Assembly: GCA_040904705.1 (NCBI GenBank)
Contig: JBBDSY010000092.1
Location: 18,684 to 82,683, forward strand
DNA: 64,000 nt
Reading direction: 5' to 3'
Source of the DNA: Nitrospirales bacterium
GTDB lineage: Bacteria > Nitrospirota > Nitrospiria > Nitrospirales > UBA8639
Below, piece after piece: positions 50,846-59,990 of the stretch. The position numbers and the translations under genes were made by a program. Positions within the stretch are counted from its first letter, which is position 1. Each line of letters begins with the position of its first letter. The notes under the pieces are model-generated. The model searched no databases. It saw nothing but the letters and a program-made list of their open reading frames with translations, and was not told the origin of the DNA.

Positions 50846-51838
50846 CTATCCAATCCTGGAGGTGCTTGGCAGAGATGGTATGTCCACAGTATTCGAGAGA
50901 AATTTATGAAGCCTGTCACAGGGAAAGTTGGGTGTCTTTCCTATGGCCTGGAGGGTTTCAAAGATGCGGCGGGGTTGGCCCCAATCACTCCAGAGGACAT
51001 TGGTCATTTCAAGGACGGTGAGATAGTTGGGGATTTTTTGAAGAAATCCCCTAGACAAATTACATACCGGCATGTCCATATACATATGTTCTAACATTGA
51101 TTGTTCCCATTGGCTGCCAATAAAGGCTTGGAATGCTCGAAATTTTTGCATGAGGGGGGGGGGGAAGACTAACCAGCCAAGATTCCAAAACGTTGAGACC
51201 TTCCCAACTAGAATCATGGTATTCCATAAGCCACCTGTTTTCTTAAGATGTTCTGCTATGGGTGCCGGTGGCTTTTCGATGAATGATTGAACTCGGTAGA
51301 GAGAAGCAATCTCATCTTTTCCGATAGGAGGCCCTCGTTTGATCCATCCATATTCTGTCTCTGGTGTGTTGGGACGGACTCCCAGAAGGATGAGTTGCTC
51401 CGATTGCTTTTCCAGAGCATTGACGGCATGGGTGAGCACGTGATGAAAACGGTCTGAGGGGTAGATGAAATGGTCGGATGGAAGGATGATGACTGTCGCA
51501 TCGCTTGCAATAAGCTTGAGGTAGGAAAGAGGGAGGAATACACCGGGTCCAGTGTCGCAGTTCCTGGGTTGCATCATTACGGCCCCTCCAGGATAAGGTG
51601 CCATTTGCAGGGATGCAATTTCCTTGTCTGCCTGAGATATGACGGCGATGGTTTGTTCCGGCTGGTGGAATTGACCGGTCCGTTCAAGCGTATGTTGAAA
51701 CAACGATCGTTCGCCTATGAATGAGCAGTACTGTTTGGGAATATTCTGGCCAAGCCATTGCCCGATGAAGGGTTGCATTCGATTCCCGCTTCCGCCCGCA
51801 AGAATGATGGACCACACATGAGGTAATTTCCTTTTCAC
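50846..51838 (-). CDS. Mannose-1-phosphate guanylyltransferase-like nucleotidyltransferase
   Basis: ILAGGSG.R, PKQY, PSDH, EYGWI, FIEKP, WSDWG. Confidence 0.85.
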   Translation of the reverse strand: MKRKLPHVWSIILAGGSGNRMQPFIGQWLGQNIPKQYCSFIGERSLFQHTLERTGQFHQPEQTIAVISQADKEIASLQMAPYPGGAVMMQPRNCDTGPGVFLPLSYLKLIASDATVIILPSDHFIYPSDRFHHVLTHAVNALEKQSEQLILLGVRPNTPETEYGWIKRGPPIGKDEIASLYRVQSFIEKPPAPIAEHLKKTGGLWNTMILVGKVSTFWNLGWLVFPPPLMQKFRAFQAFIGSQWEQSMLEHMYMDMPVCNLSRGFLQKIPNYLTVLEMTNVLWSDWGQPRRIFETLQAIGKTPNFPCDRLHKFLSNTVDIPSLPSTSRIG

Positions 51839-51935
51839 AAGGGCCTCCTTCTACCATTGATGAGGGGTGGGGGCTTCGTTTGGAATTTTTCAAAGCCGAA
51901 TTGAGCACTCAACGTTCTTCGTTGTATGTTCCTGG

Positions 51936-52005
51936 ATTACATACTTTCTCAAGTCAGTTCGACAAATTCATAATTTTTTCTTGAATCATTTAATAATTAA
52001 ATGTA
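51936..52005 (-). promoter_or_regulatory. LysR-type operator/promoter box C (divergent region between nucleotidyltransferase and LysR)
   Basis: Perfect dyad CATTTAAT-A-ATTAAATG (51987-52003, T-N11-A); minus strand TTGTCG-18-TGTAAT. Confidence 0.75.
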
Positions 52006-52016
52006 GGGTGATGCGC

Positions 52017-52931
52017 ATGGAATGGCTTAATTATCACCATTTGCAGTATTTCTGGGTCATTGCTCGCGAGGGGAGTATTAAGCGCGCCTGTGAAGAGCTG
52101 AATCTTTCGCAGCCGGCGTTAAGTGCTCAGCTTCGAACTCTTGAAGATGCGTTGGGGGAAAAGCTATTTAATCGTGTGGGGCGGACATTAGTACTGACCG
52201 ATATGGGACAGGTGGCCTATCGATATGCACAAGAGATTTTTTCTCTGGGTCAGGAATTCACAAACCTCATTAAAGGCCGTCCCACCGATCGCCCGGTGAA
52301 ATTGGTGGTTGGCATTGCTGAAGTTGTCCCGAAGATGGTGGCCTATAAGCTTTTGAAATCTGTCTATACCCTGGCTGGCTCTATTCAAATTGTGTGTTGG
52401 GAGGGACGATTAGAACGGTTGTTGGGAGAATTGGCACTGCATACCCTGGACGTTGTTCTTGCTGATACGGCCATTCCTTCTACTGTCAAGATACAGGGGC
52501 ACAGTCATCTCCTTGGTGAATCAGGAGTGAGTTTGTTTGCTTCAAAAAAAATGGCGGACAAGTATCGAAAAAATTTTCCGGAATCCCTAGATGGAGCGCC
52601 TTTTCTCCTCCCGACCAGTAATTCCATGCTTCGTCGAGGGATGGATGATTGGTTCTCACGGAATGGGATAGCCCCCAGGGTGGTAGGGGAGTTTGAAGAT
52701 GGAGCAACGATGAAGGCTTTTGGGCGAGCTGGAAAAGGTATTTTCCCAGGATCAACCGTAGTAGCAAAAGAAATCAGCCGACAATATATTGTTCAAAAAA
52801 TCGGTCAGGTGCAAGATATTCAAGAACAGTTTTATGCCATTTCAGTCGAACGGCGTTTAAAGCACCCCGGGGTGTTGGCCATTGTGGACTCAGCGCACAA
52901 GATAATCTTTCGACCTGCGGGATCTAAATGA
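52017..52931 (+). CDS. nhaR: LysR-family transcriptional activator, NhaR-like
   Basis: MEWLNYHHLQYFW, SQPALSAQL, FYAISVERRLKHP are characteristic of NhaR-type LTTRs; the actual effector is unknown. Confidence 0.8.
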   Translation: MEWLNYHHLQYFWVIAREGSIKRACEELNLSQPALSAQLRTLEDALGEKLFNRVGRTLVLTDMGQVAYRYAQEIFSLGQEFTNLIKGRPTDRPVKLVVGIAEVVPKMVAYKLLKSVYTLAGSIQIVCWEGRLERLLGELALHTLDVVLADTAIPSTVKIQGHSHLLGESGVSLFASKKMADKYRKNFPESLDGAPFLLPTSNSMLRRGMDDWFSRNGIAPRVVGEFEDGATMKAFGRAGKGIFPGSTVVAKEISRQYIVQKIGQVQDIQEQFYAISVERRLKHPGVLAIVDSAHKIIFRPAGSK

Positions 52932-53097
52932 TCATGCTTCTGAGTATCCAAATTTCTCTTTGGTGGAAATCCCCGGTGATGCAGAAATCCTGACAAATGG
53001 TGGGAGAACGTCTCACTCCAATCGTGTTGCTGGAGATTTGTTTCCTTGCCGTGGGGGTCCAACTGGTCCCCCACGGCTTGTTAAGATTTTGTTTCTA

Positions 53098-53988
53098 CTA
53101 AATGCCCAGTTCCGACGGAGCCACACTCCCCTGGGCCGGGGCCGCGAGTTTTGGCTTTCCTAATCCAGTGGGCCACTTTCCCTCTAACTTCATGATGGCC
53201 TGATCAAGTGCCTCGTTTAAAGCCACTATCCGCAACGTTTCCAGTGCCCGGCGGTCCTCTGGAAAGATCGGGTTAGTCATGGCGGATCCTGTTACCTTGG
53301 GATACCGGTTGGATGCCATTGGAGAATCCAATTGTTCCAATATGGCAAAGGACCTTCCTTGCGATTGGAGTAACAATTTTCCAGACTTGGTATCCAGTAA
53401 GCCTAATTCCACTATGGCATGATTCTCAACCTGATATCCGTTTAATGTGCCGACTTCGGGAAGAACATTAAACTGTGCTGGCCCTCTGACCTCTTTGCCG
53501 GAGGACAAGACGACTAAGATCGCCTCAATTTGGCTATTCTCTGAGATTCCCTTCATGAGGCCAAACGCTTCTCCAGATGGGATTCTCTCCAGTTGAATGA
53601 CCTCTTGCATGGAAACCGGAAAGTGTTTCTGTGCCTCATGTTTCACTCTGGCCGCAAACTGAGGCCAGGTGTTTTCGGTGATGGCTACGGGCGCTTGGGA
53701 GCCGCCGGTATCTAAGACTATCGCCAGGCCTACCGGAAGTCGGTCCTGGGGCTGTGCGGATAACTTTCCCCGGATGACTTCGGTTGCTTGGGGTTCACTC
53801 TCAAAATGTGCCTGAAGCCGTTGAGGGGAAGTGCTACTACACCCACTTATCATATAAAAGAGAGCTGTCCATACTGCCAAATATATGAGAAAAAACAACA
53901 CCGGCAATCTTTTCTCAGATCGATAATTTGGCTTAAAGATTTGGATGGCGAGGCTCTCATGTGGTTGGGTTGGGTTGATTCTAGTCAT
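53098..53988 (-). CDS. Hypothetical lipoprotein
   Basis: Hydrophobic segment ending ISGC; ELGLLDTKSGKLL resembles CsgG/rhombotarget-lipoprotein-like folds. Confidence 0.7.
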   Translation of the reverse strand: MTRINPTQPHESLAIQIFKPNYRSEKRLPVLFFLIYLAVWTALFYMISGCSSTSPQRLQAHFESEPQATEVIRGKLSAQPQDRLPVGLAIVLDTGGSQAPVAITENTWPQFAARVKHEAQKHFPVSMQEVIQLERIPSGEAFGLMKGISENSQIEAILVVLSSGKEVRGPAQFNVLPEVGTLNGYQVENHAIVELGLLDTKSGKLLLQSQGRSFAILEQLDSPMASNRYPKVTGSAMTNPIFPEDRRALETLRIVALNEALDQAIMKLEGKWPTGLGKPKLAAPAQGSVAPSELGI

Positions 53989-54072
53989 GGCCGAATCTCC
54001 TTCATTAGAGAGAGAATCTATTTATGTTTCAGATGTTGAGAGAGGCGGTGAATTGCCATCGACCGATTTGAT

Positions 54073-54108
54073 GGTGGGGAGGGCGATTTCGGGAATCCAC
54101 CTTCCCAC
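54073..54108 (-). terminator. Hairpin downstream of the peptide gene (terminator or stabiliser)
   Basis: GGTGGGGAGG...CCTTCCCACC inverted repeat; no clear U-tract. Confidence 0.35.
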
Positions 54109-54123
54109 CCTCCCTTCCATTTC

Positions 54124-54372
54124 CTAAGCCAGGGTCCAATCCACTTCCTCTTCGTGAACTCTTTCGTTACGAGCCAGGGTCCAATCCACATCCGGTTCCC
54201 CGATTTCCCTTTCATTCGCCAAGATCCAATCGATCTCACCCTCTACAGCGGCAAGAGAAGTGTTCCATTCATTTGGGCCACCACCTCCTGCTAGAGGAAG
54301 GGCTATGATCCCTGCCATTGTTAAGGTGGGAATCCATCGGTAAAAACTTGTTTTTGTGAAATGCTTTTGCAT
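54124..54372 (-). CDS. Small exported acidic peptide with three DW(T/I)LA repeats
   Basis: AAGGAGG RBS, ATG 54372, 82 aa, hydrophobic leader, repeats EIDWILA / DVDWTLA / EVDWTLA. Confidence 0.8.
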   Translation of the reverse strand: MQKHFTKTSFYRWIPTLTMAGIIALPLAGGGGPNEWNTSLAAVEGEIDWILANEREIGEPDVDWTLARNERVHEEEVDWTLA

Positions 54373-54439
54373 AACATTTCCTCCTTCTTGAGTGAACGGA
54401 AAACCGTCCTGCTTTTCATGATTACCTTTCCATACTGTC

Positions 54440-54509
54440 ATTAAATAGGAGGTTATGACTCATAGACAAATATATAATAATTGCTTAAACCATAAATATT
54501 TTAAATGAA
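54440..54509 (-). promoter_or_regulatory. LysR-type operator/promoter box B (upstream of the peptide gene)
   Basis: Minus strand: CAT-N11-ATG, then TTGTCT-18-TTTAAT. Confidence 0.72.
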
Positions 54510-54726
54510 CATGGATGGCCTTTTTTTCTCCCTGACGGGGAAGATGCCTGGTGGACGAGTGGTATTGGAGGCCTCCAAGGAATGCGCTCCATATAGGCCA
54601 ATCACAGAGGCGTTCGGGAGAGGAGAGAGAAGCTCTCTTGGGGAATGAGTACTACTTTGGCCGCATTTGTTTTGTCGGGTGGTTCAGTTGTAAGGACGTC
54701 CCTTCAGTCGCAGAAGGGGGTTTTCT

Positions 54727-55131
54727 TTAGCGATCTTCCAAGATTTCAATCGAGTTGCCGAAGGCATCGGTGATATAGGTAGACTTGAGACCATCCCGAT
54801 GGGTAGTGAGTTCGCCAAATTTATTGGCGTCGGGACGGCTTAGTGCGAAGTGTGAAGGGTGGTCTTTCGGGAGGACAAGGGCCAATTTCGTATTGGCAAA
54901 GGACAGGAGCGCCCAGGTTTCATCCACGTATTCTACCGCACAGTTGAATCGGGATGTATACCATTCAAGGCCTCTGGCAATGTTCGTGACCGTCACGGCA
55001 ATATGATGAATGTGGTCGAGCTTCCGTTGTTGCGCCGCGCTTCCTTGTGAGCCGGTTTTCTTTTTCTTTGGAGCTGTGGCCACGTGAGAATTTTTTCTTG
55101 TCACCGATCTTGCTGTCTGGTCCTTGGCCAA
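54727..55131 (-). CDS. VOC/glyoxalase family protein
   Basis: IHHIAVTV...WY...HFAL...DAFGNSIE. Confidence 0.85.
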   Translation of the reverse strand: MAKDQTARSVTRKNSHVATAPKKKKTGSQGSAAQQRKLDHIHHIAVTVTNIARGLEWYTSRFNCAVEYVDETWALLSFANTKLALVLPKDHPSHFALSRPDANKFGELTTHRDGLKSTYITDAFGNSIEILEDR

Positions 55132-55148
55132 TTGTTTTTCGTACGTTG

Positions 55149-55655
55149 TTAAAAGTGAGCGATATGTTCCATGAGCATTTTGGAAACGTGGCTGAGATTA
55201 TAGGGCCAGGCATATTTTAGTGTCACGTCCGGGTATTTGTGACGCAATTCTTCCATTTCCTCAGGAATCTCATATTCGGAATGGGAACCTCCTGGGGTAA
55301 ACATCGTTGAGGCCACGGTGATTGACTGAGCGCCTTGCTTGATGAGGTCTTCGACGGCTTCCTGCAATGTTGGTCCGCAAAACTCGTTATAGGCCACTGC
55401 AAATAAGTCCCCATTTACCAGAGGTTTCATCTTCGAAGCTAAGGCTTCCAACCCAGCCTGGTAGGGGTCGGTTTCCGGTGTTCGAGGCCAGGCGCGAATC
55501 TTAGTATCTAATTCCAATTCTTCTGCGGACATGGGTTGGCCGGCGGCCCGGCGTTGAGCCTCCAAACGTTTCAATTTGCTGACGAGATCCCCTGGATAAT
55601 CTTTGGGAATGCCTCCATGACCAACTAGAATAATACCTTTTTTGAGATCTGCCAT
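55149..55655 (-). CDS. CbiX/SirB-like chelatase (short form)
   Basis: ILVGHGG, AYNEFCGPTL, PGGSHSEYEIP. Confidence 0.85.
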   Translation of the reverse strand: MADLKKGIILVGHGGIPKDYPGDLVSKLKRLEAQRRAAGQPMSAEELELDTKIRAWPRTPETDPYQAGLEALASKMKPLVNGDLFAVAYNEFCGPTLQEAVEDLIKQGAQSITVASTMFTPGGSHSEYEIPEEMEELRHKYPDVTLKYAWPYNLSHVSKMLMEHIAHF

Positions 55656-55699
55656 TGTGCTGACTCCTTAGAAATAAATGCATGAAATAATCATCATGG

Positions 55700-56635
55700 T
55701 CATATTGTACTGGTGTACGATGGGGTGGCTTTAGGATCTAACGTCGTGACTTCCTTCACCTGCTGTAAATAGGGAATCCCATTTTGCGCGAGCAGGTCAG
55801 ATAGCCCACGGAAACCCGTTCCCCCTGCCATGACCCGGCAGTGAGGCTGAAACAGATGAACGATCGTTGCAATCCAGGACTGACCTGTTTGAACGTCCGG
55901 TTCTGTTGTACTGGAAAGGATCATAAGATCAGGATGCCTTCGACGCAAGGCCATTTCAAGAATCTCGAAGGACACATTCGGTCCTAAATATGTTGCGTTC
56001 CATCCGCGCTTTTGAAGGAGAAGCGTGGCGGTGAGAGGCGCAATCTCATGGAAATCCCCTGGTACGCAGGCAAGGAGCGCTTGATCTTGGCTACCAGAAA
56101 AATCTTTTCGCAATTGATCGATGAGCTGTTGACGAATAATCCGGCTCACGCTGTTTTCCGCTGAATGAGAGATTCCCCCCTGATGCCATAGATCTCCGAT
56201 GAGGCGCAAGAGAGGAAACAGAACGACTTCCATGGCTCTCTCCAAACCCAATTCCAAAATCCAATGAGCCATGGTTCTCTGCATGCTACCATAATCTTGA
56301 TTCAGGGAAGCTTGGATTAAGTGGTCTGTCTCTGCTCGATAGGGTGTGGGGAGACTGGAGAAATTACAGGAAATATCTCTCATGACCTGACGTAGATAAG
56401 TCTCGCCGGTTTGAGCCAACTGTCCGATGGTTTCTCCATTGGTCAGTTGCGATTTCAGGTAAAGGAGAAACTGAATGTCATCTTCCCTAAACGTACGATA
56501 ACCATTCGGTCCTCGTTGGGGATGGAGCAAATGGTAGCGTTCTTCCCACTTCCGGATGACGTGGGTACTCAACCCCGTCATGCTGGCGACGGTTTTGATG
56601 CGATAGGCTGGAGAATGCTTCAATTGATTAGACAT
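55700..56635 (-). CDS. MerR-family regulator with B12-binding domain (CarH/LitR-like)
   Basis: IRKWEERY...NGYR HTH; IGDLWH...AE; GDFHEI; YLGPN. Confidence 0.88.
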   Translation of the reverse strand: MSNQLKHSPAYRIKTVASMTGLSTHVIRKWEERYHLLHPQRGPNGYRTFREDDIQFLLYLKSQLTNGETIGQLAQTGETYLRQVMRDISCNFSSLPTPYRAETDHLIQASLNQDYGSMQRTMAHWILELGLERAMEVVLFPLLRLIGDLWHQGGISHSAENSVSRIIRQQLIDQLRKDFSGSQDQALLACVPGDFHEIAPLTATLLLQKRGWNATYLGPNVSFEILEMALRRRHPDLMILSSTTEPDVQTGQSWIATIVHLFQPHCRVMAGGTGFRGLSDLLAQNGIPYLQQVKEVTTLDPKATPSYTSTI

Positions 56636-57659
56636 GGTTGCGCAACAGGAGTTCTTTGGGATGTGGATTGAGATACACCTGATCGATGAGATAAGGAACG
56701 TCTAGAATTCGCACATAATGTTTAATAAGCGTGAGAGGGACCGCCAAAGGTGCGAAATGCTGGTGATAATCTTGAATCGTTTCCTGTAGCTCCGCTCGTT
56801 CAATGGTGCTCAGTTGCTTTGAAAAGTGGCCAGCTAAATGTTGAAGGACATTCACATGTTTGCGCACCGTCGCCTTGATTTTGAGGGCATCCATGAACAG
56901 TGCACCGTAACGAGTGGCTAAGTCGCTTGGTGTGTAATCCCCCGCCTTGGCGACAAGTTGTCCAAGGGCGTGATAATGGGAACGGCTGTGAGTCAGCAAT
57001 AAATATTTGTGCCGCGAATGGAAGCCCACAATGATTCCCCGGGTGATGCGTTGCTGCTGGACCTGGGTTTTCCATCGACGATAACAAAATATACGGATGA
57101 TAAAGTTTTCACGGATCGGGGCGTCGTTCAGGCGTCCCTCCTCCTCGACCGGGAGCAGTGGAAAAGCCTCTTGCATGGCGGATGAAAAAATTCCTATTCC
57201 CTGCTTGCCCGGGTGCCCTTTTTCGCTGTACACCTTCACGCGATGGACCCCACAGCTGGGGGAATTCTTTTTGAAAATATATCCATCCAAATCGCACTCC
57301 CGTAATTCTTTCACACGGCGTTGACTATAACTCTGGAGGGTGGCGGTATGATCTACCTTCGTGCGTATGGTGAGAAGTCTTGGGGAATCCGGGTCCCCGG
57401 CCAAGTGCATGGCCTCTCTCGGTGTGCCCAAGCCGGCTTCGACTTCCGGACACACCGGAACCCATTCCACAAAAGAGGCCAACACGTCCGTTAAAAAGAC
57501 ATCACGTTTGTGTCCTCCGTCATAGCGAACTTCATCACCTAATAAGCACTGGCTTATTCCGACTCGTGGTTGGTCGTCAACGAACGTATGAGGAGAGCCC
57601 TGTCTGGAAGATAGATTGGACTTTTCTGTTGTGGAGTGGATGGACGTGCTCATAGACAT
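56628..57659 (-). CDS. DUF523+DUF1722 (YbgA/RudS-like) protein
   Basis: SQCLLG..VRYDG, VCPEVE.GLG.PR, KKNSPSCG, EEEGRL, FHSRHKY, QVYLNPHP.EL.LRNHV. Confidence 0.92.
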   Translation of the reverse strand: MSMSTSIHSTTEKSNLSSRQGSPHTFVDDQPRVGISQCLLGDEVRYDGGHKRDVFLTDVLASFVEWVPVCPEVEAGLGTPREAMHLAGDPDSPRLLTIRTKVDHTATLQSYSQRRVKELRECDLDGYIFKKNSPSCGVHRVKVYSEKGHPGKQGIGIFSSAMQEAFPLLPVEEEGRLNDAPIRENFIIRIFCYRRWKTQVQQQRITRGIIVGFHSRHKYLLLTHSRSHYHALGQLVAKAGDYTPSDLATRYGALFMDALKIKATVRKHVNVLQHLAGHFSKQLSTIERAELQETIQDYHQHFAPLAVPLTLIKHYVRILDVPYLIDQVYLNPHPKELLLRNHV

Positions 57660-59158
57660 GCCATTTTTCCTTGCTCTGTTGAAGACGAAGATGATGGTGA
57701 TCGCTTGCCTTTTTTGAATTGACGGTAGGCGAGAAGGGCTCGGTTCCTGGCTTCAGCATGGTCAAGCATCGGTTGCGGATACGTTTCTCCCAGAGTGATG
57801 CTCGCCTCCGCCAACACAAGAAATGGGGCTTCCCATGGTTCATGAATCCATGGAGAAGGTAAGTCGGCCAGTTCCGGCACCCATTTTCGAACATACCGTC
57901 CATCCGGATCGAATGTGATCCCTTGCGTGATGGGGTTAAATATTCTGAAGAAAGGGGAAGCGTCGGCCCCGCACCCAGCCACCCATTGCCAACCCAATGT
58001 GTTGTTGGCCAGGTCGGCATCCACCAGTGTATCCCAGAACCAGGCCGCTCCCTTCTGCCAGGGCAGCAATAAATCTTTGGTGAGAAATGAAGCGGTAATC
58101 ATTCGCACGCGATTGTGCATCCACCCGGTATGCCACAATTCCCTCATGCCTGCATCCACAATCGGAAACCCGGTGAGGCCTCGTTGCCAAGCCCGAAGTG
58201 AAACAGTTTCGTGGCGCCAGGGAAAGGCTTGATAGTTGGCGTAGAGAGGTTTGTTGACTGTATACGGAAAATGAAACAAGAGATACCGGGCAAATTCACG
58301 CCAGGCGATTTGTCGTAAGTACGCGTCATAACTTTTTCTATCCTGAGCCTTGTGGTTTTTTTGTTTAGCATGTTGAATGGAATGCCAAAGCTTTCCGGGA
58401 CTCATTTCTCCGAAATGAAGGTGTGGGGACATCCGCGAAGTATGAGGGAGGTCCGGTCGATCTCGGTCCATGGCATAGACCGTGGCTGGAGTCCGTAAGA
58501 AATTTTTGAGCGCTGTCTGAGCCCCGCGTTCTCCAGGAGTCCAACTTTCATGAATACCTTGTGCCCAGTCAATCGTGGGACGTAATTCCAGTGAATCCAA
58601 TGCCACGCCATTGAGAGTGCCGGAGGGTGGTGGGGGAAGGCTCCTAGGAGCGGGTAGGGGAGGAGACCCCGACAGGGTTGCTTGCAGTCTTTTCCAGAAT
58701 GGCGTGAATACACGATAGGGATTGTGTGCCTGAGTGAGAATCGTCGAGGGATCGACAAGGGTATTTCCGTGAAATCCGTGGCCTTCAACCTTTTCGGCTT
58801 CCAAAAAGTTTAAAAAATTTCGTTCAATTTTTTGGTTCATTGGCTCACAGGACTGATTCCAGAACACGTGGGCCTTTGGGAAGTCTCTTACAAGATTCGA
58901 GAGAACCTCACTTGTGTTTCCCATGCGAATGGTGAGATCGTTGCCTGCAGCCTTCAGATGGTCAGAAAAACTCTGAAGCGAATGATGTAACCACCAGCGG
59001 CTGGCCGCGCCGGGCATGCCATATCCTGTCCCGTCTGGGTTCCATACATATAAACAAATCAGGGGTTGTTTGCGACGCACGGCAGCGGACAACGCGGGGT
59101 TATCTGTCAGGCGCAGGTCGTTTTGAAACCACACAATGGATGGTGAGGATGACGTCAT
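57650..59158 (-). CDS. phr: Deoxyribodipyrimidine photolyase (class I CPD)
   Basis: DLRLTDNPAL, TSRMSPHLHFG, WREF, GWMHNRVRM, LVDADLANN..GWQW, RIFNP. Confidence 0.96.
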   Translation of the reverse strand: MTSSSPSIVWFQNDLRLTDNPALSAAVRRKQPLICLYVWNPDGTGYGMPGAASRWWLHHSLQSFSDHLKAAGNDLTIRMGNTSEVLSNLVRDFPKAHVFWNQSCEPMNQKIERNFLNFLEAEKVEGHGFHGNTLVDPSTILTQAHNPYRVFTPFWKRLQATLSGSPPLPAPRSLPPPPSGTLNGVALDSLELRPTIDWAQGIHESWTPGERGAQTALKNFLRTPATVYAMDRDRPDLPHTSRMSPHLHFGEMSPGKLWHSIQHAKQKNHKAQDRKSYDAYLRQIAWREFARYLLFHFPYTVNKPLYANYQAFPWRHETVSLRAWQRGLTGFPIVDAGMRELWHTGWMHNRVRMITASFLTKDLLLPWQKGAAWFWDTLVDADLANNTLGWQWVAGCGADASPFFRIFNPITQGITFDPDGRYVRKWVPELADLPSPWIHEPWEAPFLVLAEASITLGETYPQPMLDHAEARNRALLAYRQFKKGKRSPSSSSSTEQGKMACL

Positions 59159-59191
59159 TTCATCTTGCCTTTCAACATCCTATTCGCAGCG

Positions 59192-59312
59192 GGGAATGTT
59201 GAAAAAAGCCACCAGCGGTGTTCTCGCCATTTTGTTGCGCTCACGTACTGGAAGTACGCTCCGCGCCCCAAAATGGCTGCGGCCTTGCTGAATGACTTTT
59301 TTGACCATTCCC
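59192..59312 (-). repeat. Short dispersed MITE-like repeat (copy 2)
   Basis: Reverse complement aligns with 15373-15488; terminal inverted repeats. Confidence 0.8.
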
Positions 59313-59453
59313 ATCGACTCCTGATGATGAAATTTTCCCAGGGGAGATATGGGCTTTGGGGGAGAAATATTCAGCATGCTCAACTCCGGAATCCCTTGTT
59401 CATAAACATGAGTGCTGTGTTATTTACGTTATTCATGAGTAATGTGAATTCGC

Positions 59454-59990
59454 TTACATCGATGGGGGAGTCTGCTCCATCAATTTTTCTTCGCTGATTC
59501 GCATGAGACTAACGGTCCGTTCTCCCTGAGGACCTCGCAGTCCTAATTTGACTGAACTGCCGGGTTCTCCACGAATCAACCCCACGACTTCCATATACGA
59601 TTGGCCGGCTACCGGGTCACCATCGACCGTCAAGATTTCTTCCCCATGAACCAACCCCGCTCGGGTGGCCGGACCGGAGGGATGAACGGCACGGATGATC
59701 AATTGGGCAGGATCGCCAATGCGGCCCGCCGTGACATGCATGGCGATGCCCACGACTCCTGATGGCATGGGGGTATTAGGCCCTGGCGGACTTGCATGGG
59801 GGTTTGCGGGTGCATCCGAATGACCCGGGGAACCTTCGTAGGCGAACGCCCATGGGGTGGTCACCGTCAGACAGAGCAACACAGCCGGCACGAATTTCAA
59901 GATGTGATTCGGGAAATGCTTGAAAGACAATTGGATCAACATAGAGAACCTCCTTTTACTGAAGCGTGGGAGCGAGACCGGAAAAACCAA
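59454..59990 (-). CDS. Exported PDZ-domain protein
   Basis: GVVGIAM, SGPATRAGL, ILTVDG, IRGEPGSSV; true start possibly at MLIQLS. Confidence 0.85.
   Translation of the reverse strand: MVFPVSLPRFSKRRFSMLIQLSFKHFPNHILKFVPAVLLCLTVTTPWAFAYEGSPGHSDAPANPHASPPGPNTPMPSGVVGIAMHVTAGRIGDPAQLIIRAVHPSGPATRAGLVHGEEILTVDGDPVAGQSYMEVVGLIRGEPGSSVKLGLRGPQGERTVSLMRISEEKLMEQTPPSM

Noticed and set aside
54124-54240. CRISPR-like short repeats
   Set aside because: Only two or three in-frame coding repeats; no cas genes or spacer array anywhere in the window.
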